Below, piece by piece: positions 40,906-49,323 of a stretch of DNA of 64,000 nt. The position numbers and the translations under genes were made by a program. The DNA lies in NCBI GenBank assembly GCA_034522055.1, contig JAXHLS010000006.1, positions 420,116 through 484,115 of the forward strand. The letters run 5' to 3'. Numbering within the stretch: position 1 is the first letter of the stretch; every line of letters begins with the position of its first letter. The notes below the pieces were generated by a model. It did no database searches. It was not told where the DNA came from and saw nothing but the letters and a program-made list of their open reading frames with translations. The stretch comes from Gammaproteobacteria bacterium. Its GTDB lineage: Bacteria; Pseudomonadota; Gammaproteobacteria; JAABTG01.

Positions 40906-41147
40906 GATTCGCCGGTGAACAGGCGCTCGATGGCTTCATCACCCATGGTATCGAAGTCATCCGGAACGGCGATTTGGCCGGCCAGGAAACCCAGGCGCCG
41001 AACGTTTCGTGGCTCGGGGGCATCGACGGCCATTACCTTGACCAGGGGTTTGCCCGCTTTGGCGATGATGAAGGGCTCGCCCTTGGCGGCTTGATCCAAC
41101 AGCCGTGATAGATGGGTCTTGGCCTCGTGGACGTTGACGATGCGCAT
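40902..41147 (-). CDS. Phd/YefM-type antitoxin
   Basis: 81 aa. MRIVNVHEAKTHLSRLLDQAAKGEPFIIAKAGKPLVKVM. Confidence 0.82.
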
Positions 41148-41221
41148 CGCTTCGTTCCTCTGCTGATGGACTAAGTTTAGTAAACTTAGGCTAATCTGTC
41201 CGGTGCTGCAACGGGTTGCGG

Positions 41222-43213
41222 GTAGAGTAGAGAGCAGGCCCTAACGCCCGTAGGTCCGGCTTAGCGGTTCCCGCCCCTTTCGTTTGGCGGTGCCTAAATA
41301 GCCGGGCCCTAGCCACCAGGGCCAGCCCTCCCTCATCAAACCGTGCATACGGTTCTCCCGTACACGGCTTTCCGATGTGCTTCACGCCAAGGCATGCGCT
41401 GAGCGCCAGCCTGCTTTGTGGGATAGCTTGAGTAATCCTAGGGCGTCGTGGAGGTGGGCGTAGGGAAAGCGTTCGTAACCGCGCGTGCGAGTGCGCACTT
41501 TGTGACGCCGCCGCAGTTGGGTACGCACGCGTTCCTCAGTGAACCACCGGACGCGTCCGAAAGCCTTGGTGCAGTTGCCGTAGTGGAAGTAGCCCGGCCA
41601 GCCGCGTAGCACTTGGTTCACTTCCGTGATCATACGCGGCATCGGCACCGGGGTGCGGCGCCGCGCGGTGAGTTCCTTGATGCGCGCCTTGATCCTTCGT
41701 TCGGCGCGGCGGCTCGGCTCAACGTGAGGGTAGCCGTTGCCGGTTCGTCGGCTGCGTGCCCATTTGATGCTGAAGCCAAGAAAGTCGAACGCCTGTCGGC
41801 GGGCATCCACCACGTGGGTTTTCTCCCGGTTGAGCGTCAACTCCAGGCGTGTCAGCACCGTCTCAAGCACCGCCATGGCCGGCGCGGTGTCCCCACGACA
41901 CAGAATCACGGCATCGTCAGCGTAACGCACGAGGCGCGCCCCTAACCGTCGTTCCAAGTCGTGCCGTTCCCAAATCCGGTCCAGCAGATGTAGATAAAGA
42001 TTGGCCAGCAGCGGGGAAACAACCCCGCCTTGCGGCGTCCCTTTCCGATTCCCTTTACCGCCACTCGGGCGTTGCTTGCCTCGCCCATCCTCTTCGATGA
42101 CCGGGGCCTTGAGCCATTGCTGAATGAGGGCGAGGACGCCCCCATCGGCAAGGCGCTCGGCAACCACGGCCATGAGCTTGGCGTGCGGGATCGTATCGAA
42201 ATACTTCGATAGATCCGCATCGATGATTTGGGTCTTTCCCTGAAACAGACCGTCGGTGACGGCCTTCACCGCATCATGGGCCGAACGCTGCGGGCGAAAT
42301 CCATAGGAGTGCTCGCAGAAATCAGCCTCGAAGATCGGCTCCACCACCAGCTTGAGCGCCATCTGTACGATCCGATCCCGGATTGTGGGGATCCCCAATG
42401 GGCGCTCACTGCCATCCGGCTTGGGTATCCAGACCCGACGCACGCCGTCCGCGCCGTACGTCTTCTGCTCCAGTTCCCGTTGCAATTCCGCCAAGTAGGC
42501 GTCTCTTCCGACCCCCGCCTCGATGGCCTCACAGGTCACACCATCGATTCCTGGCGCGCCCCGATTGGACCTGACACGATCATAGGCGTGACCGAGAGTG
42601 TCTGCCCGATAGACCTTGTCATACAAGGCGTAGAAGCGAAACGCCGGCTCTTGCTTGGCCTTGACGTAGAGCTTCCTCTGCAGCGTCCTGATCTTTTCCG
42701 GAGTTGTTAGCGACATCGCCGCAATCTCCTGACCCTCTGCGTTTCGGTTGCGTGCACAAAGTAGGGTCCCTTCCCTCAGGTCGGGTTATGTTGTCCCAGA
42801 CCCTCAATCGGTACTATGAACCCCTCCGACTCCCACGACGGTCGATGACGACTTCGGACTGGCCTTATACGCCACCGTCGGCAGTTCTCACCTGCCACCG
42901 CCGCGGGCCTCCCGCACTGGGACCAATCAACTTCCACCACATGCCACCCGTACTACCCCGGAAGACTCAGCGGGACGCTCTCGTCGTCTCCTCCCACCAA
43001 CAGCGGCCTTCCCCGACTGTCCACCGGGTCGGCATCTTCACTTTGTTCACGAGGCTACATCTCGGTTCGCTTGCGCTGCGGCCTGCGGTTTTGCATCTAC
43101 GTAACTTACGACCCCCGGTTACCCGGACGCCGCTCCGCGACACTACAAAGGTGTACGAGCAACTCCTTTGGCGGGACTCTAACCCGCTAGTTAATCAGCC
43201 TGTTACGGCATAC
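41222..43213 (-). mobile_element. Group II intron B1 (1,992 bp), intact
   Basis: Minus-strand 5' end GTATGCCGTAACAGG at 43213, domain V at 41370-41338, 3' end ...CTCTACTCTAC at 41222. Boundaries fixed by filled/empty site comparison (B4 versus 33059-33086). Confidence 0.88.
41382..42716 (-). CDS. Group II intron reverse transcriptase/maturase (family B)
   Basis: 444 aa. PLGIPTIRDRIVQ, FRPQRSAHDA, DADLSKYFDTIPH, YADDAVILC and maturase region. Confidence 0.92.
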   Translation of the reverse strand: MSLTTPEKIRTLQRKLYVKAKQEPAFRFYALYDKVYRADTLGHAYDRVRSNRGAPGIDGVTCEAIEAGVGRDAYLAELQRELEQKTYGADGVRRVWIPKPDGSERPLGIPTIRDRIVQMALKLVVEPIFEADFCEHSYGFRPQRSAHDAVKAVTDGLFQGKTQIIDADLSKYFDTIPHAKLMAVVAERLADGGVLALIQQWLKAPVIEEDGRGKQRPSGGKGNRKGTPQGGVVSPLLANLYLHLLDRIWERHDLERRLGARLVRYADDAVILCRGDTAPAMAVLETVLTRLELTLNREKTHVVDARRQAFDFLGFSIKWARSRRTGNGYPHVEPSRRAERRIKARIKELTARRRTPVPMPRMITEVNQVLRGWPGYFHYGNCTKAFGRVRWFTEERVRTQLRRRHKVRTRTRGYERFPYAHLHDALGLLKLSHKAGWRSAHALA

Positions 43214-43250
43214 GGACAGCTTACTTAATTCGCTGTGCGGCACGCCAAGA

Positions 43251-43483
43251 GCGGCGCCTGCATCGTGGCGGTGGACCCGCGCTACTTCCGCCCCACGGCG
43301 GTGGAGACCTTGCTGGGGGACCCGACCAGGGCGAAGGAGAAGTTGGGGTGGACGCCGCGTATCACCTTCGACGAGATGGTGACCCCCCTGTCAGCGGAGA
43401 TGATGGAGAACGACCTGCAGCTGGCGAAGCGGGATGCGCTGGTGAAGGAGGCAGGGTATCGGGCGTTTGATTATCACGAGTGA
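43251..43483 (+). pseudogene. gmd tail, R1-type, with an in-frame 12-nt insertion
   Basis: [75 protein letters not shown]. Junction motif at 43214-43250. Confidence 0.9.
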
Positions 43484-43860
43484 GCGTGTGGCCCCCCCCC
43501 TCACCCCGGGTTTCTCCCCCCGAGGGGGAGAGGGAGTATTTGTTGGGCTTTCCCCCGTCACCCCGGCCCTCTCCCGGAGGGAGAGGGGGAGTAATCAGAG
43601 GGTTCTCTACGGGGGGATTACCGGGGTCGATGGGACAGCCGGCGGGTCCGCTGCGCTTGACCCGCCCTACGTTGCTGCGCGCTTTGGCGTCATGGGAAGG
43701 TCCCTTCTCCCATGGGGAGAAGGACAGGATGAGGGGATGCTGGGCGGGGGGTGTAGGTCGGGCTTCAGCCCGACAGCCCGCGGGTGGTTTCGACCCGGCC
43801 CGTGGTGCGTGCGGTGGGCTTTAATGTCGGGATGAATCCCGACCTCCCGGCTGTGGGTCC
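43484..43860. repeat. REP cluster (REP1 x2, REP2, REP3-type hairpins)
   Basis: cctcaccccggccctctcccggagggagaggggg, ggcgggtccgctgcgcttgacccgcc and gtaggtcgggcttcagcccgaca read directly. Confidence 0.7.
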
Positions 43861-43933
43861 GCTGTGCCTGCCCCACCCTGCGGCGCTACGGCGATGGTCT
43901 CCGGGAGTCCGGAGGATGGGAATGAGGCCGTCT

Positions 43934-44341
43934 TCAGGGGTTGAATGGGTTCAGCGTAGCCACGCCTGTCGGTGTGAAGTGTCGGGTGTTGCGAGTCACC
44001 ACGGTGAGGCCGTGCTCCAGGGCCGTTGCCGCGATCAACAGGTCGGCGCTTTGGTTACCGATGGCGGCGCTGAGTTGTCCCCAGCGGCGGGCGACGGGGA
44101 TATCCACCGCAAGTACCCGATCGGCGTATAGGTCGAGCACGGTGTCGAGCCAGCGGGCGAGGGTGATGGCGAAGGCGGGGTTGCGGCCTCGTTGCTGCAC
44201 AATGCCCCGCTCTATCTCGCCGATGGTGACCACGCTGAGGAACAGGTCCGGGGTCCGTTGATTCGCGATCCACGCCACCAGATGCGGATTCCGGTGCTGC
44301 TTGCGCAGTTCCGACAGGACCACGGTGTCCAGAAGGTGCAT
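43934..44341 (-). CDS. vapC: VapC/FitB-like PIN toxin
   Basis: 135 aa. HLLDTVVLSELRKQHRNPHLVAW...IAATALEHGLTVVTRNTRHF. Confidence 0.88.
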   Translation of the reverse strand: MHLLDTVVLSELRKQHRNPHLVAWIANQRTPDLFLSVVTIGEIERGIVQQRGRNPAFAITLARWLDTVLDLYADRVLAVDIPVARRWGQLSAAIGNQSADLLIAATALEHGLTVVTRNTRHFTPTGVATLNPFNP

Positions 44342-44601
44342 CAGAGCTCGATGGCGCGGGGTCGCAAGGGGATGCGGTCGAAGTCGAGGTCGTCCTGGGG
44401 CACGGTGAGCAGTAGTTCGCCGAAGGTGGGCGCTGCGGTTTTTCCCTGTCGTCGCAATCGCTCGTACTCATCGGCGGCGATGACCACCACAGCCGGTTTG
44501 CCTCGTCGGGTCACCCGTTGGGGGTCACCCTTGAGCGCCCTGTCAACCAGTGCACTGAAACGATTCTTGGCGTCATGTAGGGACCATTCCGGATCAGACA
44601 T
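44341..44601 (-). CDS. Phd/YefM-type antitoxin
   Basis: 86 aa. WSLHDAKNRFSALVDRALKGDPQRVTRRGKPAVVVIAADEYERL. Confidence 0.82.
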   Translation of the reverse strand: MSDPEWSLHDAKNRFSALVDRALKGDPQRVTRRGKPAVVVIAADEYERLRRQGKTAAPTFGELLLTVPQDDLDFDRIPLRPRAIEL

Positions 44602-44719
44602 TTGAGATTCCTGGCTAGATAAGATGGCTAGATTAATGGACTGTTTCCGCTCTAGTCAATCGGGCACTGTCGGGGGTTCCGGGGACCGTTTACTTAATTC
44701 GCTGTACGGCACGCCAAGA

Positions 44720-44952
44720 CTGGGCCCGCATGGTGATGGCGGACCCGCGCTACTTCCGCCCCACGGAGGTGGAGACCCTGCTGGGGGACTCCACCAAGGC
44801 CAAGGAGAAGCCGGGGTGGACGCCGCGTATCACCTTCGACGAAATGGTGGCGCCCACTGTCGGCAGAGCTGATGGAAAACGACCTGCAACTGGCCAAGCG
44901 CGATGCGCTGGTGAAAGAGGCGGGGTACCGGGCGTTTGATTATCACGAGTGA
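44720..44952 (+). pseudogene. gmd tail, R1-type, 13-nt insertion (frameshift), followed by gmd-fcl spacer and a 61-nt fcl tail (45006-45066)
   Basis: [40 protein letters not shown] then a shifted frame. tgaggcgcgccgggctgc... matches the spacer at 20842-20914. Confidence 0.9.
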
Positions 44953-45140
44953 GGCGCGCCGGGCTGCACAATGACCGGGTCGGTTCGCGCCCGAGGGCGC
45001 TCCTAGGGGCGGGTGCGAGCCACCCACCAGTGGCTTCTGGAGCACCAGGGAGATTACCGCGGGTAGGGCATTCTCTTCCGGTCCTGGTGTAAAATCTGAG
45101 TCAGAAGAAAATCGCCAGCCAAGGGCCGGAGCAGAATGCC

Positions 45141-45832
45141 ATGAGGACGCTAACGAAAGGGAAGCCCGATCCGAGGGAGATGCCTGCCTACGCTATCTCG
45201 GAAGCGGCGCATTATCTCGGAGTGCCCCAGGCAACCATCCGGTATTGGGCAACGGGTCAGAACCAGTATGGGGGGCTCATCCATGTGCCGAAACTTCGGC
45301 CCGTCCTGCTGTCCTTTCTTAACATGGTCGAGTTACATGTCCTGGCGGCCTCCGGCGCAAGCACGCGGTGACCCTGCCGAAGGTGCGGGCAGCCATCGAG
45401 TACCTCAAGGAGAACACCGAGGGGGAATCGGATCGCAGACATCCCCTGATCAGCCGACAGCTGGAGACCGATGGGCTTGACCTCTTCATCCAGCGCTACG
45501 GTCAACTGGTGAACATCAGCCGGGCGGGCCAGGTGGCCATGCGCGAGGTCATGAGTGCAGCGCTGCAACGCATCGAGCGGGATGCCAGCGGCGTTCCCGT
45601 AAAGCTCTACCCATTCACCCGTAGCCAAGTCGAAGGGGCGCCCGCGATGGTGGTGATCGATCCCGCTTTGTCCGGCGGGAGACCGGTGATCGCGGGAACC
45701 GGACTAGCGACAGACGTGATTGCGGAGCGCTACAAGGCGGGTGAATCGGTGAGCGAACTGGCCAGGGACTACGAGCGTGACGAAGCCGAGATCGAGGAAG
45801 CGATCCGCTGCGAACTCCAGGCGGCCGCCTGA
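45141..45832 (+). pseudogene. HTH + DUF433 antitoxin-like gene with a 1-nt frameshift near 45345
   Basis: ORFs 45141..45371 and 45368..45832 form one protein if one nt is restored (..VELHVLAA|LRRKHAVTLPKVRAAIEYL..). C-terminal IDPALSGGRPVIAGTGLATDVIAERYKAGESVSELARDY is DUF433. Confidence 0.7.
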
Positions 45833-45839
45833 AGCGCCT

Positions 45840-46219
45840 GTCTATTACCTCGACCGGAATCTCGGTAGGCATCGCATCGCGGATGCCCTGAGAGAGGCAG
45901 GGCTCGTGGTGGAGATCCACGACGACCACCTGCCCTAGAACGCCCCGGACGATGACTGGATTGCGTTGGTGGGAAGCCGCGGGTGGGTTGCGCCCTGACC
46001 AAGGACAAGAACATCCGTTACCGTACGGCAGAGCTTGATGCGGTGAGGCGGCATAGCGCGATGGTGATCGTCATTCGCGCCAAGGACGCGACAGCTGACG
46101 ATATGGCGGCCTTGCTGATCGAGCATTCTGCGCAGATTGCGCGCTTCGTGCAGCGCACCCAGCCGCCTTTCGTCTGCGGGTTGGACCGCTCAGGGAGGCT
46201 GAAGCACTATGACTTATGA
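45840..46219 (+). pseudogene. PIN-like (DUF5615-type) toxin with an in-frame TAG and a frameshift
   Basis: YYLDRNLGRHRIADALREAGLVVEIHDDHLP*NAPDDDWIALVGSRGW / (shift) ALTKDKNIRYRTAELDAV... The start is not identifiable. Confidence 0.5.
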
Positions 46220-46261
46220 ACGCACGAACGGGCAAACCAGCAAACCAGGGACACAAACCAG

Positions 46262-47715
46262 GTAGAGTAGAGAGCAGGCCCTAACGCCCGTAGGTCCGGC
46301 TTAGCGGTTCCCGCCCCTTTCGTTTGGCGGTGCCTAAATAGCCGGGCCGTAGCCACCAGGGCCAGCCCTCCCTCATCAAACCGTGCATACGGTTCTCCCG
46401 TACACGGCTTTCCGATGTGCTTCACGCCAAGGCATGCGCTGAGCGCCAGCCTGCTTTATGGGATAGCTTGAGTAATCCAAGGGCGTCGTGGAGGTGGGCG
46501 TAGGGAAAGCGTTCGTAACCGCGCGTGCGAGTGCGCACTTTGTGACGCCGCCGCAGTTGGGTACGCACGCGTTCCTCAGTGAACCACCGGACGCGTCCGA
46601 AAGCCTTGGTGCAGTTACCGTAGTGGAAGTAGCCCGACCAGCCGCGTAGCACTTGGTTGACTTCCGTGATCATACGCGGCAGGCGTGCGGGATCGTATCG
46701 AAATACTTCGATAGATCCGCATCGATGATTTGGGTCTTTCCCTGAAACAGGCCGTCGGTGACGGCCTTCACCGCATCATGGGCCGAGCGCTGCGGGCGAA
46801 ATCCATAGGAGTGCTCGCAGAAATCAGCCTCGAAGATCGCCTCCACCACCAGCTTGAGCGCCATCTGTACGATCCGATCCCGGTTTGTGGGGATCCCCAA
46901 TGGGCGCTCACTGCCATCCGGCTTGGGTATCCAGACCCGACGCACGCCGTCCGCGCCGTACGTCTTCTGCTCCAGTTCCCGTTGCAATTCCGCCAAGTAG
47001 GCGTCTCTTCCGACCCCCGCCTCGATGGCCTCACAGGTCACACCATCGATTCCTGGCGCGCCCCGATTGGACCTGACACGATCATAGGCGTGACCGAGAG
47101 TGTCTGCCCGATAGACCTCGTCATACAAGGCGTAGAAGCGAAACGCCGGCTCTTGCTTGGCCTTGACGTAGAGCTTCCTCTGCAGCGTCCTGATCTTTTC
47201 CGGAGTTGTTAGCGACATCGCCGCAATCTCCTGACCCTCTGCGTTTCGGTTGCGTGCACAAAGTAGGGTCCCTTCCCTCAGGTCGGGTTATGTTGTCCCA
47301 GACCCTCAATCGGTACTATGAACCCCTCCGACTCCCACGACGGTCGATGACGACTTCGGACTGGCCTTATACGCCACCGTCGGCAGTTCTCACCTGCCAC
47401 CGCCGCGGGCCTCCCGCACTGGGACCAATCAACTTCCACCACATGCCACCCGTACTACCCCGGAAGACTCAGCGGGACGCTCTCGTCGTCTCCTCCCACC
47501 AACAGCGGCCTTCCCCGACTGTCCACCGGGTCGGCATCTTCACTTTGTTCACGAGGCTACATCTCGGTTCGCTTGCGCTGCGGCCTGCGGTTTTGCATCT
47601 ACGTAACTTACGACCCCCGGTTACCCGGACGCCGCTCCGCGACACTACAAAGGTGTACGAGCAACTCCTTTGGCGGGACTCTAACCCGCTAGTTAATCAG
47701 CCTGTTACGGCATAC
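46262..47715 (-). mobile_element. Group II intron B2 with a 538-bp internal deletion in the RT gene
   Basis: Same ends as B1. RT split into ORFs 46670..47218 (N-terminal 182 aa) and 46422..46673 (C-terminal 83 aa). Deletion junction at ~46675-46685. Confidence 0.88.
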
Positions 47716-47752
47716 GGACAGCTTACTTAATTCGCTGTGCGGCACGCCAAGA

Positions 47753-47986
47753 GCGGCGCCTGCATCGTGGCGGTGGACCCGCGCTACTTCCGCCCCACGG
47801 CGGTGGAGACCTTGCTGGGGGACCCGACCAGGGCGAAGGAGAAGTTGGGGTGGACGCCGCGTATCACCTTCGACGAAATGGTGGCGCCCACTGTCGGCAG
47901 AGCTGATGGAAAACGACCTGCAACTGGCCAAGCGCGATGCGCTGGTGAAAGAGGCGGGGTACCGGGCGTTTGATTATCACGAGTGA
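47753..47986 (+). pseudogene. gmd tail, R1-type, recombinant (5' like 43.2 kb copy, 3' like 44.8 kb copy)
   Basis: Identical to 43214-43375 up to ...cgtatcaccttcgacga, then identical to 44840-45000 including the 13-nt insertion and spacer. Confidence 0.88.
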
Positions 47987-48046
47987 GGCGCGCCGGGCTG
48001 CACAATGACCGGGTCGGTTCGCGCCCAAGGGCGCTCGGCAAACGGG

Positions 48047-48439
48047 TTACGGTGGCGTGGCAAGGTCGGTGTGGATGAAATCCTGCCCCTTATAGAGCAG
48101 CGGGGCGCCCTCTACTTTCGCGAGGGCGTAAGCAAAGCAGTCACCGTAGTTCAGACCGGCCGGATGGCGGCCCTTGCCGAACTCCCGGTAGGCCCGCCGC
48201 GCCAGGTTGCCCTGGTCCACGTCAACGGGAATGAGTTCGATGTGGGCCTTGCTCAGGAACAGGTCGAGGTCCCGTGCCCCCTCCATGCCAAAGCGGGCTT
48301 CTATGACGATGGCGGTCTCCAGGAAGTTGGCCACCGACATGACGCACGGCGCCGCAGCCTCTATTACCGTTACGAACGTCCGGCGCTCAGGTTCGTTCAT
48401 GAGGATCGCGATTAGTGCGGAGCTGTCGAGGACAATCAT
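48047..48439 (-). CDS. vapC: VapC PIN-domain toxin
   Basis: 130 aa. IVLDSSALIAILMNEPE...GLNYGDCFAYALAKVEGAPLLYKGQDF. Confidence 0.88.
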   Translation of the reverse strand: MIVLDSSALIAILMNEPERRTFVTVIEAAAPCVMSVANFLETAIVIEARFGMEGARDLDLFLSKAHIELIPVDVDQGNLARRAYREFGKGRHPAGLNYGDCFAYALAKVEGAPLLYKGQDFIHTDLATPP

Positions 48440-48690
48440 CGCGGGATGCCGCGGGAATCGTAGTCCAGGATCTCTTCGGGCGAACGGTCGTCCAGGACCG
48501 GCAGGTTCGCACAGTGCAGGGCGATTTCGTCCAGCTCATCTGCCAGCCGCGGCCCGGCGGGTTGGCGCTTGAGGCGCTTGAGCTGCTCGCGCAGGGCATC
48601 AGTGACTGCCCGGGTCTTCGTTTGGCCGGTAAGCCGTGCAAGCTCGTCGGCCAAGCGCTCGGCATCTGGGTTTCGAATATTTAGCGCCAT
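48436..48690 (-). CDS. vapB: VapB-type antitoxin
   Basis: Met22 of ORF 48436..48753. MALNIRNPDAERLADELARLTGQTKTRAVTDALREQLKRL. Confidence 0.8.
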   Translation of the reverse strand: MALNIRNPDAERLADELARLTGQTKTRAVTDALREQLKRLKRQPAGPRLADELDEIALHCANLPVLDDRSPEEILDYDSRGIPR

Positions 48691-49323
48691 GGTCTCGGTG
48701 TGTAGCTGTGTTGAAAAATGTAAGCATACTACACAGGAGGGGCCCGGGCCCAATGCAGGCTACGGGATGCGCTGGTGAAGGAGGCGGGGTATCGGGGACA
48801 GGGTATCGGGGTCAGCAGCGGCTTGGCAATGCCGCACATTCTAGCGGGTGGGAATCCCGCCCGGGTAACCGCTAGCCACGGGCCCGGTATCGAGCCTTGC
48901 AGTCAGTCCGGTGACGGGCTGGTTGATGCGTAGGTACGAAAGCAGGCGAGGTGCAAGGGTAACGGGTGAAGCCGACCTTGAAGGTGTGGAGCTCCGAAAA
49001 GTTCGTCGGTGAGTGCCGATGGGTTTGTCCCACCAGCAGGCAACAGCCGTCATGCGCCCTGGCAAGCATGACGGGCACTCCCCGGAGTCCGAGGCCGTAT
49101 CGAGCCTGACATTGCGAATGTGCGGTAACCAAGGAGATCCCATCATCGGTGTGCAGGAGGTGCGCACCCGTGGACAAGCGATAACAAGCGAGGAAGCGGG
49201 CGGTGTTGATGGGAAGTCGGAGGCACCCATAGTAGCGAGGAGTCCCGGTAATCCGGGAGGAGCCAAGGGGTGTCGGCTTGAGATAACGGGAGAGGGGCAA
49301 CACGGCCCTACGCTGAGAGGACT

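Noticed and set aside
41191-41385. Repeated small ORF MKHIGKPCTGEPYARFDEGGLALV... (also 37017..37379, 39615..40088, 46207..46425, 57047..57274).
   Set aside because: It overlaps domain V/VI of intron family B on the intron strand. The conservation is explained by the ribozyme RNA, and the C-termini differ with each flank.
42704-43228. Conserved 174-aa ORF (also 47206..47730, 58593..59117), and the 227-aa ORFs 30788..31471 and 51779..52462.
   Set aside because: They are antisense to the structured 5' parts (domain I) of introns B and A. Their identity just reflects intron copies. The composition is Pro/Ser/Arg-rich with no motifs.
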